Positions 7,080 through 14,264 of a DNA stretch of 14,282 nt are shown here, piece by piece. Position 1 is the stretch's first letter. Each line of letters begins with the position of its first letter. Made by a program: the position numbers and the translations under genes. The notes beneath the pieces were generated by a model, which saw only the letters and a program-made list of their open reading frames with translations, was not told the origin of the DNA and searched no databases. Origin of the DNA: an archaeon (GTDB lineage: Archaea; Iainarchaeota; Iainarchaeia; Iainarchaeales; 1-14-0-10-31-34); the NCBI GenBank assembly GCA_043819075.1, contig JBDRFE010000020.1:1-14282 (forward strand), in the 5' to 3' direction.

Positions 7080-7258
7080 TTCAGCGTTTTTTGCCATGCA
7101 ATATGTTTTTAATCCTTGTTTTGCACAAATATGTTTGTCTGTTGTTTGAACAGCAGATTATAAAAAAATGGGAAATACTGATTTTTTTTAATTTATTTAA
7201 ATTGAATTTTTTTTGTATTGCTTATTTTTTTATAAACAGTTTTAGATGGAGGAATGTA

Positions 7259-7441
7259 ATGCCATTCAATAAAGGAAACAAAGGTTTCGAAGGCAACAAG
7301 GGCTTTGACAGACAAATGTTCAAAGTAACTTGTGCTGAATGCGGTGTGGAAACAGAAGTTCCGTTTAAGCCAGACGGAAAAAGACCTGTTTATTGCAGGG
7401 ATTGTTACCAGAACCACAAACCACAAAAAAGATTCGATTAA
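7259..7441 (+). CDS. CxxC-x17-CxxC domain small zinc-ribbon protein (60 aa)
   Basis: RQMFKVTCAECGVETEVPFKPDGKRPVYCRDCY; GGAGG at 7248-7252 and TTTATAAA near 7229-7236 support the start at 7259. Confidence 0.9.
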   Translation: MPFNKGNKGFEGNKGFDRQMFKVTCAECGVETEVPFKPDGKRPVYCRDCYQNHKPQKRFD

Positions 7442-7468
7442 ATAAAACACTGTTTTTTGTAACTGAAT

Positions 7469-7512
7469 CTTTTTAATTTATTTTTATTCTTTTTTTTTGT
7501 TTTTTTATTTTA
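7469..7512 (+). terminator. Oligo-T tract between convergent genes (archaeal-type terminator)
   Basis: Long T runs immediately downstream of the CxxC-x17-CxxC gene. Confidence 0.45.
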
Positions 7513-7516
7513 ATTC

Positions 7517-7906
7517 TTATTCAGGAACGTGCACAAAAGATAAAACTATTTTTAATCCTTCAGCTGCTGTTCCTTTAACAAAAGTCATTGTATTTTTTTC
7601 GTTCTGGAAAACCAAATGCATGTTCCCAAACAATTCGTTGTTTTTTCCTTTTAATTCGTATTGCCCTGAAGCATTCAATACATTTGCCAAAAGAATTTCT
7701 TTTGACTTGAATCTTGAGCCAAGCATGAAATTAACACAACAATTATTTATTTTTCCCTGAATGGCTTTCAATACAGCTTTATTGATTTTATTTTGAATCA
7801 TTCCTTCCCTGATTGATTCAAGCAAGTTTTCGCCTTCAGATAACTCTAAAGTAAGGTCTTTTTGAATCCCTTTTTTGTTAAAAAACTGTGAATCTCCTGC
7901 CTTCAT
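7517..7906 (-). CDS. PPC/DUF296-like domain protein
   Basis: LELSEGENLLESI...I..A.L..IQGKI ... EIL....SG ... NMHLVF ... GT pattern resembles the PPC fold but is divergent. TTTAAA at 7931-7936. Confidence 0.6.
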   Translation of the reverse strand: MKAGDSQFFNKKGIQKDLTLELSEGENLLESIREGMIQNKINKAVLKAIQGKINNCCVNFMLGSRFKSKEILLANVLNASGQYELKGKNNELFGNMHLVFQNEKNTMTFVKGTAAEGLKIVLSFVHVPE

Positions 7907-8126
7907 ATCTTATTCATTCCCAGCTAAAGATTTAAAAAACTTCATTAAGTTTTTTCCGGTTTCTGTTTTGTTGATCGCTTTAAAAGCATTGCTGTTTACA
8001 AATTATTTATTAAAAAAAAGAAAGGCAGAATAACTCTATTTTTTTCTTAAATGAAAACTTTGCTTTTTGGCGCACTAAATGCGTTAAACAGAATGGCGTT
8101 ATTTTTCTATTTCTTTTAAAGGAGAT

Positions 8127-9233
8127 TTGATATACTTGAATTTTAACGAACTAAACTTAAACGACAGCATAAAGCATGCATTGCAAAAAAAAGGTTTTGT
8201 GAATGTATCTGAAATACAGAAAAAAGTTATTCCCTCAGCTTTAGAGGGAAAAGACTTGGTGGGAAAATCAAAGACAGGCACAGGAAAAACTGCTGCTTTT
8301 GCTATTCCTTTAATCCAAAAAATAGGTGAAAAAAAGGGTTCAGCTTTAATTGTTGTTCCGACAAGAGAGCTTGCCTTGCAGGTGAAAGAAGAAATTGCTT
8401 CAATTGCAGTTAACACTAATGTAAGGACAATAGCTGTTTTTGGCGGGCAAAACATTAAAAGGCAGATTGAATTGCTTTCAAGAAAACCTGAAATAGTTGT
8501 CGGCACTCCAGGAAGATTGCTTGACTTGATTTCAAGAAAAGTTCTTTTTCTTGGCAGAACAGGATTTCTTGTTTTGGATGAAGCAGACAAAATGTTTGAC
8601 ATGGGTTTCAGGGATGATGTGGAAAAAATTATTTCTTTTCTTCCAAAAGAAAGGCAGACAATGCTTTTTTCTGCTACCATGCCGCATGAAATAATGTATT
8701 TGATTGAAAGGCATTTAAAGCGCGATAAAATTGTTTTTGATTTAAGCACAGACAATGCGCCGGTGCAGGAAATAGAACAGTTTTATGTAATGGTTGATGA
8801 AAGGCAGAAAATTAATGCATTGCACAGGATTTTAGCCAACGATGATTCAAAGACACTTGTTTTTTGCAGGACTAAAAGAACTGTTGACTGGCTTGAAAGA
8901 AAGTTTGCAGGAATGGGAGTAAGAATTCTTGCAATTCACGGAGACAAGCCCCAGAACACAAGAAACAAAATCATTGAAGACTTCAAGCGTTCAAGAAACG
9001 CTGTTTTGGTTGCAACAGACGTTGTTTCAAGAGGAATTCATGTGAATGACATAGACAATGTAGTTAACTTTGATTTCCCAAAAGAAACTGAAGCATACTT
9101 GCATAGAATTGGAAGGACTGCAAGGCAGGGAAGAACAGGCAAAGCAATAAGCTTTTGCGCTAACTTAATGGAACTTGATTCGCTTGAAAAAGTGGGTTCA
9201 AGAAACAATACAGTAATACAGCAATTGCAGTGA
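8127..9233 (+). CDS. DEAD-box RNA helicase (core only)
   Basis: Q motif, SKTGTGKT, PTRELA, GG, TPGRLLD, DEAD, SAT, HGD, TDVVSRGI, HRIGRTAR. Start is TTG 8127 or 8136 behind GGAG (8121-8124). Confidence 0.95.
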   Translation: MIYLNFNELNLNDSIKHALQKKGFVNVSEIQKKVIPSALEGKDLVGKSKTGTGKTAAFAIPLIQKIGEKKGSALIVVPTRELALQVKEEIASIAVNTNVRTIAVFGGQNIKRQIELLSRKPEIVVGTPGRLLDLISRKVLFLGRTGFLVLDEADKMFDMGFRDDVEKIISFLPKERQTMLFSATMPHEIMYLIERHLKRDKIVFDLSTDNAPVQEIEQFYVMVDERQKINALHRILANDDSKTLVFCRTKRTVDWLERKFAGMGVRILAIHGDKPQNTRNKIIEDFKRSRNAVLVATDVVSRGIHVNDIDNVVNFDFPKETEAYLHRIGRTARQGRTGKAISFCANLMELDSLEKVGSRNNTVIQQLQ

Positions 9234-9238
9234 AAATT

Positions 9239-9808
9239 TTAACTCCATCTGCAGTAGTAATTCCAGTCCCGGCATTCAAAGTCTTCTGGTTTTCCACTGC
9301 ATTCAGTTTCTTTTTCAGGGCATTCGTCCATCAAGTCATTGAAAGAAAAAGCTTTTTCCCCAAGCTTGTATGTTATCAGCCTTCCAATTTCTTGTTTAAC
9401 TTTTTCAAACTGTTCCTGAGAGTAATTAACTAAGGTAACTGTTTTTCTTTCCCCGTTTGCTTTAATGCTTATTTTTGTGAATCCTCCATCCATTACAAAA
9501 GGGTCTTCATAGTTTTCATTTAAAGAAAAAAAGCTGTTTAATACAACTGCATCAAAAATTTTTTTTCTTTCTGATTCGCTTACAGTGAACTCGTATTTTT
9601 TTGTTAAGCTTGTTTCAATTGTTTTTTCAAACACTGCATTTCCTTTGCTGTCAATTTTAAGTTCATAGTGACCCCACTCTAAATGTGTTGCTCCGCTGCT
9701 GTATTCGACTTCAAAGTCTTCTGGAAGATTTTTTGGGGGCTCTGGCGGCTGGAAAAGGCAGCCAAAAAAGAGGACAAGCAAAACCAGAACAAAAGCAATT
9801 TTTTTCAT
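9239..9808 (-). CDS. Putative lipoprotein with Cys-rich C-terminus
   Basis: MKK-hydrophobic-LFFGC lipobox-like signal, Pro-rich linker, L.IDSKG...Y.DP.VMDGG core, four C-terminal Cys. Confidence 0.8.
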   Translation of the reverse strand: MKKIAFVLVLLVLFFGCLFQPPEPPKNLPEDFEVEYSSGATHLEWGHYELKIDSKGNAVFEKTIETSLTKKYEFTVSESERKKIFDAVVLNSFFSLNENYEDPFVMDGGFTKISIKANGERKTVTLVNYSQEQFEKVKQEIGRLITYKLGEKAFSFNDLMDECPEKETECSGKPEDFECRDWNYYCRWS

Positions 9809-10117
9809 CTGATTAAATTAAGTCTTTCTGGTATTTAATTTTTTCTTCTGTTTTTATTAATTTGATGCAGTCCAAAAGCAAAAACATTTTTTGTTGCGCA
9901 AGCCAAGAAATCCAAACAAGCCTCTTATTAGGGACGTCTTTACATATATATGTCATGGAATCAACTGATTTTTTGGGGAAAAAATAATGGACAGCCAGTT
10001 TACTAGAATGAGGAACAGGTCGCTTGCTTTTTCTCCTGAAAAACGTAAAAAAGAGGACCGCAAGAACAGCCTTCTCTTAAGATCAATTTCAATCTGATTT
10101 TAGGTTATTGAAAAAAT

Positions 10118-10135
10118 TTCCGCCTCTTGGGTTTG
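10118..10135 (-). repeat. Degenerate tRNA 3'-end copy (att-like), most distal
   Basis: TTCCGCCTCTTGGGTTTG, 14/18 identical to 14265-14282. Confidence 0.7.
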
Positions 10136-10148
10136 CACAGGAAACTCT

Positions 10149-10277
10149 TTATAATTCTGCTAATTCATTATAGAATGCTTTGTATTTTTTTAGATCTTCT
10201 TCGACTATTTTTTTTATGTCTTTCCATTCTGCCATTGTTATTGGCTCTCTTTTTCCTTTGATTTTTATTTTTTTCAT
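10149..10277 (-). CDS. 42-aa putative antitoxin for the Doc toxin (absent from the ORF track)
   Basis: Hand-translated MKKIKIKGKREPITMAEWKDIKKIVEEDLKKYKAFYNELAEL*. ATG is 4 nt after the doc stop. Amphipathic helical C-terminus. Confidence 0.72.
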   Translation of the reverse strand: MKKIKIKGKREPITMAEWKDIKKIVEEDLKKYKAFYNELAEL

Positions 10278-10281
10278 TTTA

Positions 10282-10644
10282 TCAGCCCTTTCTTGTGTGG
10301 TTTGCAATCCATGTAACTATTTCGTCTAATCGTGTTTTTGGTTTTACTGACCACACCACTACATTAAATCTTGATGTTTCGCCAACCTTTAATTCTTTTC
10401 CATTCAACTTCAAGAAGGCAGTCATTGCCTGAAATGCTGTTCTTTTGTTTCCGTCTGCAAAAGCGTGCCTTCTTGCAATATCCATTAGTAAAGTTGCTGC
10501 CTTTCTGTCTATTCCTCTTGTGTTTGCCACCTTGAAAACAATATGGTCTAAATCTCCTTCGTTTCTAATTATTCCTTTGTCAAATTTTTTGTTTATTTCG
10601 ATTATTGCTTCTTTTGAAAGTGTTTTTGCATAAATCCTTGCCAT
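10282..10644 (-). CDS. doc: Doc/Fic family (death-on-curing) toxin
   Basis: HAFADGNKRTA Doc motif, GIIRNEGDL, KAA.LL..I. Start MARIY at 10644 lies about 25 nt below a TTTAAA box. Confidence 0.9.
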   Translation of the reverse strand: MARIYAKTLSKEAIIEINKKFDKGIIRNEGDLDHIVFKVANTRGIDRKAATLLMDIARRHAFADGNKRTAFQAMTAFLKLNGKELKVGETSRFNVVVWSVKPKTRLDEIVTWIANHTRKG

Positions 10645-10647
10645 GCA

Positions 10648-10672
10648 TAAATTCTGTAAATTACAGAATTTA
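10648..10672. promoter_or_regulatory. Perfect 12-bp inverted repeat (operator) over the doc promoter
   Basis: TAAATTCTGTAA-A-TTACAGAATTTA overlapping TTTAAA (10669-10674). Confidence 0.7.
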
Positions 10673-10702
10673 AACATATTGTTTTTCAGCTAAAAATAGG
10701 GT

Positions 10703-10720
10703 TCCCGTCTCCTGGATTTG
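10703..10720 (-). repeat. Degenerate tRNA 3'-end copy (att-like)
   Basis: TCCCGTCTCCTGGATTTG, 16/18 identical to 14265-14282. Confidence 0.85.
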
Positions 10721-10767
10721 AGAAAAGGTTCTTGGTTTGGGGTTGGAAGTGTGGAGTTTTTCACATC

Positions 10768-11049
10768 TTATCTCCTGTACATATCATCGTGATGGCCAAA
10801 TTTATCAAACATGATGAAATTTTTTTCTTTGAATACTTTAAAAAAGAGCACAAAGCTTTTTGCTACGTGAACTCTTTTGTATTCTTTTAAATCATATTGC
10901 ATATTTTTGTAATGGTCAATTGTTATCTCATCTGAATTAGCTATTTGCTTGATCTTTTTATTAAGTATTTCCACGGTCTTTTTGTCTTTTTTTGCCAGCA
11001 CTCTGATTGTGGCTTTCAATTCATCTGAAAGGTCAAATGAAAAAGGCAT
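10768..11049 (-). CDS. RelE/YafQ-superfamily type II toxin
   Basis: 93 aa, basic; HYKNM.YDLKEYKRVHV.KSFVL.F....FGHHDDMY; abuts the upstream antitoxin (TGA ATG). Confidence 0.85.
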   Translation of the reverse strand: MPFSFDLSDELKATIRVLAKKDKKTVEILNKKIKQIANSDEITIDHYKNMQYDLKEYKRVHVAKSFVLFFKVFKEKNFIMFDKFGHHDDMYRR

Positions 11050-11313
11050 TCATTCGCCTCTGCATAGCTTGTCTAATTCTTTTATGCTCATTTTTCTGAA
11101 GCCGTATTTCTTGATATGTCTGTCACAAGATTCAATCACTTCTCTGATTACCTCTTCTTTGACTTCTTTATCAACAAATTCGTCTCCATACATTTCAGCA
11201 AACTTGTCTAATGCCTCTCCTTTGTCATTTAACCCATATTTTTCCTTAACCACACCAAGCACTCTGCTTGTATAATCATCTATTTTAACATTTATAGAAA
11301 CAGTTTTGCCCAT
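11050..11313 (-). CDS. Antitoxin with N-terminal ribbon-helix-helix-like domain (DUF2683-like)
   Basis: VSINVKIDDYTSRVLGVVKEKYGLNDKGEALDKF then an acidic segment; AGGTGA RBS at 11320-11325; directly upstream of the RelE-like toxin. Confidence 0.8.
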   Translation of the reverse strand: MGKTVSINVKIDDYTSRVLGVVKEKYGLNDKGEALDKFAEMYGDEFVDKEVKEEVIREVIESCDRHIKKYGFRKMSIKELDKLCRGE

Positions 11314-11332
11314 ATAACTTCACCTAATATAG

Positions 11333-11355
11333 AATTAGTTAAACTAATTTATAAA
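11333..11355 (-). promoter_or_regulatory. Inverted-repeat operator plus TATA box of the antitoxin-RelE operon
   Basis: AATTAGTT-A-AACTAATT (11333-11349) abutting TTTATAAA (11348-11355). Confidence 0.65.
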
Positions 11356-11391
11356 CCTTGCCGTCCAGCGTTCCTTTTTCTGAAGAAAAAT

Positions 11392-11409
11392 TCCCGCCTC
11401 AAGGATTTG
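11392..11409 (-). repeat. Degenerate tRNA 3'-end copy (att-like)
   Basis: TCCCGCCTCAAGGATTTG, 16/18 identical to 14265-14282. Confidence 0.85.
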
Positions 11410-11451
11410 CAATTGGGTTGTGGGAGGTTGGATGTTTGAGGTTTGGAGTTT

Positions 11452-11802
11452 TCAGAGTTCATATAATTCCTTTATTTTTTGTTTTACTTCTTTGAGTTTT
11501 TGTTTTGAAATTTTTCCAATTTTGGTTTCTATTAGTTTCTTATAAACTGTTACTGGGTTGTCGGTCATTATTTGGCTTTCAGTTTTTAGTTGTCCATTTT
11601 CTAAATCTTTTGAAGTTAGTAAAACATCGTATTTTGTTTTGCTTCCTCTGGAGGTTATCTTAAACAAGATTAAGTCATCAGATTCTCTGTTAAATTTTGA
11701 ATTGCTTATAACTAATGCAGGTCTTCTTTTCACTCCAATTTGTTCCGAGAACATTAGGTCAGCTACAACAAGGTCTCCTTGTTCAAAATTCAAAGAGTTC
11801 AT
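11452..11802 (-). CDS. mazF: MazF/PemK family endoribonuclease toxin
   Basis: [14 protein letters not shown]....[27 protein letters not shown]. Confidence 0.9.
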   Translation of the reverse strand: MNSLNFEQGDLVVADLMFSEQIGVKRRPALVISNSKFNRESDDLILFKITSRGSKTKYDVLLTSKDLENGQLKTESQIMTDNPVTVYKKLIETKIGKISKQKLKEVKQKIKELYEL

Positions 11803-11986
11803 GTGCGTCTTCTCCTTCTTCTGCCCATCTCTTGTAAGCGTAAAGTCTTAATGGGTCTTTTTCTGATTCAAGCAACTTGGCTTTTTCTTCTATTGCTTTT
11901 CTTGCTATTTCAGTCCACTTAATTTCAGAATGCTTTTTCATAATGTCATGAAGTTCTTTTGGAACAGCCATAGTCATATTAACCAT
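11783..11986 (-). CDS. Ribbon-helix-helix antitoxin
   Basis: [35 protein letters not shown] pattern with an acidic C-terminus; overlaps the mazF start by 20 nt; AAGGTGG RBS near 11991-11997. Confidence 0.82.
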   Translation of the reverse strand: MVNMTMAVPKELHDIMKKHSEIKWTEIARKAIEEKAKLLESEKDPLRLYAYKRWAEEGEDAHELFEF

Positions 11987-12054
11987 TTAACCACCTTAAA
12001 TAAGTAAAATAAGTAAAGTTGTTAAAGTTATCTTTCACTTGGCGTGATTGGAAT

Positions 12055-12102
12055 TCCCGCCTCCCAACACCGTTCTACGGGTGCAAGTCCCGCCGATTTT
12101 TG
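12055..12102 (-). repeat. Split/duplicated degenerate tRNA 3'-end copies (att-like)
   Basis: TCCCGCCTCCC (12055-12065, 11/11 match to 14265-14275) and TCCCGCC-GATTT (12088-12099). Confidence 0.7.
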
Positions 12103-12122
12103 GTAAAATGCTTCTTTTTTTT

Positions 12123-14198
12123 CTATCTGATTTCCTCAAAAGGAGAGGCATACTTTTCAGGTTTGTTTTCTAATAAGTGGATATATTTAATGCCCCCTTC
12201 AGTCTGAAAGTCAATTATTGCTGCCCAATAAAGATCCCTCATTTTTTCTGGGTTTACTCCATATTCACCTTTGTTTAGTTCTTTTTCAAGGTAAATAATG
12301 TAGCCATAGCCATCTATTTTTTCCCACCTGATTTTATTATCTATTTCTTTGTATTCATTGCCTATTTTTTCCATAATAGTCGCTTGGTTCAAGTCTTTTG
12401 GCAATATATTGCTTGGATTTATTACCATTGTATCATTGTTAATAATGTTGACGGATTCGATTGATGGCTGTGGCATGACTATCACCGGGCATACAGAAAC
12501 AAAGCTGTTTTCTATGTAGTAAAAATTGTCTGCAAAAGCAGTTGAAAATTTTTTTGAAAGTAGGTGTTCTCCTTTTATTATTGATAATTCGTTTTCTTTT
12601 TTTAGTTCTATATTCTCTCCACTTGCAGTTAAAAGATATAAATCGTCTTTTAACTTTGCCAATCGGATTATTTCGAGTTCTTTATCATTCATTTTCGCCT
12701 TCACATCTTCTTTGTTTAATTCAAAATTTGAGTGCAAATAAATGTTCAAGGGATAATTTTCTTTGATTGGCAGCGCGCCCTCAAAGGATAATTGCTCAAA
12801 GCCTGTGCTGGAGGAAAGAATGTCATCTCCATGATAATCAAAAGAAAGATTAGAATTTTTGTCTCTGACAAAGAATTCATCTGTTATGCCTTTTGTTGAG
12901 AAGTTGAGGTCATAAGTATATTTTTCTGTTATAATGTCTTTTGACATTTTGCTTCCTTGTAAATTAGCTTCTATCGGATAGCCATTTGCGAGCAATGACA
13001 TTTCTTTCAAATTTAGCTCTTTATCTGTTTCAATTGTTAGCACAGGATAGAATGTTCCCTTGCATCCTAAATATTCTCTGTCAATTTCAAAATTTACTTT
13101 TTTGATTTCAAGTGATGCTGGGGCTTCTTTGTCAGGCGTGATACATCCTGCAAGAGCCACAGTTGCTCCAAGCGCTCCAATTGCAGTAAAAGTGACGATT
13201 TTTGAGAACAAAGACGGTTTCTTTTCAGCTATTTCTTTGCATTCTCTGTTTCCTGCATAAAATGAGCCATAGTTCAAAATAGCTCTTGCTCTACAACCGC
13301 CTCCACACCATTCGACTGCTTCACATTTTTTACACGGTTCTCCAAGCTTTGCATAATCAAATTTTCTAAAACTGTCAAAAAGATTGCTGTTCCAAACAGC
13401 AGAAATTTTTGTTTTTCTGATGTTTCTTACAGAATAAGGAAAAGAAATACATGGTTTTATTTCGCCGTCTGCAGCAACACACAAATGCGACCTGCCGGCA
13501 GTGCATTCAAAGTGGTCATTGTAAGGGCCAAATCCATCATCCAAGAATATTTTTGTTTTGGAATCTTTGTTTTCATTGCTATATTCAATTAAATCAACAA
13601 CATTGTCCAAATCCAGTTTTACGTTGTTTTCTTTTGCCCTTCCACTGTTTTGTGGGAGATATAAATTGAGCCTGTCAAACTCGTTTTCTACGCACATTTG
13701 ATGGGTTATTTCTACTGTTTCAGAATTAGAGTTGCAAACCATCATTGAAGTGCAAGTGATGATTCCATTTTCTCTAAAAAGCTTTAGCGCATTAATTGCT
13801 TTTTCGAATGATTCTCCTCTGTTTAAGTCGTGGCATTCTTTTGTTCCGTCAATGCTGATGGAAACTGCTTTCAAACCACAGGAAGAAAGTTTTTTCGCTA
13901 TCTCTCCTGTTACCAGAGAGCCGTTGGTTATTAGAGTTGTATTCAAGCCAAGAGAATCAGCATGTTTTATTATTTCAAATATATCCTTTCTTGCTAAAGG
14001 TTCTCCGCCAGTAATTGAAAAAAACAAGGCGCCTAAAGAGGCAACATCCTCTAACATTTCTTTAACTTCTGAGGTTGTCAGTTCGTTGCACAGTTTCTTG
14101 CCAGAATTTGAACCGCAATGTTTGCAGTTTAGATTACACTGCCTTGTACTCTCCCATACAAAATGTTTCAGAATATGGGTTTCATTGTAATCAATCAT
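12123..14198 (-). CDS. Radical SAM/SPASM enzyme fused to an internal lipoprotein-signal-like TM segment and a large C-terminal domain of unknown function
   Basis: CNLNCKHC, TGGEP, ITNG, SISIDG; SPASM CTAG...C...DGEIKPC...CKKC....CGGGCRARA...C; then KK..SKIVTFTAIGALGATVALAGC (Cys352) and about 340 further aa. Confidence 0.88.
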   Translation of the reverse strand: MIDYNETHILKHFVWESTRQCNLNCKHCGSNSGKKLCNELTTSEVKEMLEDVASLGALFFSITGGEPLARKDIFEIIKHADSLGLNTTLITNGSLVTGEIAKKLSSCGLKAVSISIDGTKECHDLNRGESFEKAINALKLFRENGIITCTSMMVCNSNSETVEITHQMCVENEFDRLNLYLPQNSGRAKENNVKLDLDNVVDLIEYSNENKDSKTKIFLDDGFGPYNDHFECTAGRSHLCVAADGEIKPCISFPYSVRNIRKTKISAVWNSNLFDSFRKFDYAKLGEPCKKCEAVEWCGGGCRARAILNYGSFYAGNRECKEIAEKKPSLFSKIVTFTAIGALGATVALAGCITPDKEAPASLEIKKVNFEIDREYLGCKGTFYPVLTIETDKELNLKEMSLLANGYPIEANLQGSKMSKDIITEKYTYDLNFSTKGITDEFFVRDKNSNLSFDYHGDDILSSSTGFEQLSFEGALPIKENYPLNIYLHSNFELNKEDVKAKMNDKELEIIRLAKLKDDLYLLTASGENIELKKENELSIIKGEHLLSKKFSTAFADNFYYIENSFVSVCPVIVMPQPSIESVNIINNDTMVINPSNILPKDLNQATIMEKIGNEYKEIDNKIRWEKIDGYGYIIYLEKELNKGEYGVNPEKMRDLYWAAIIDFQTEGGIKYIHLLENKPEKYASPFEEIR

Positions 14199-14264
14199 AA
14201 ATCTATAGTAAGCTTAAGTCATTAAAAAATATTACATTATTCAATGACTTTTGTTATGTATATA

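Noticed and set aside
7138..7157. Hairpin TCTGTTGTT-TG-AACAGCAGA downstream of kbl as an ncRNA
   Set aside because: A single short stem with no other support; at most a terminator-like element.
7091..7258. N-terminal extension of the CxxC-x17-CxxC ORF
   Set aside because: Low-complexity T-rich intergenic sequence; the TATA box and GGAGG point to ATG 7259.
9915..9935. A further tRNA-end repeat (AAGCCTCTTATT) extending the array to the lipoprotein gene
   Set aside because: Only a 5-nt GCCTC match to the core, which is expected by chance.
12019..12207. 62-aa plus-strand ORF across the att region
   Set aside because: It spans the repeat junction and the antisense end of the rSAM gene, with no recognisable protein features.
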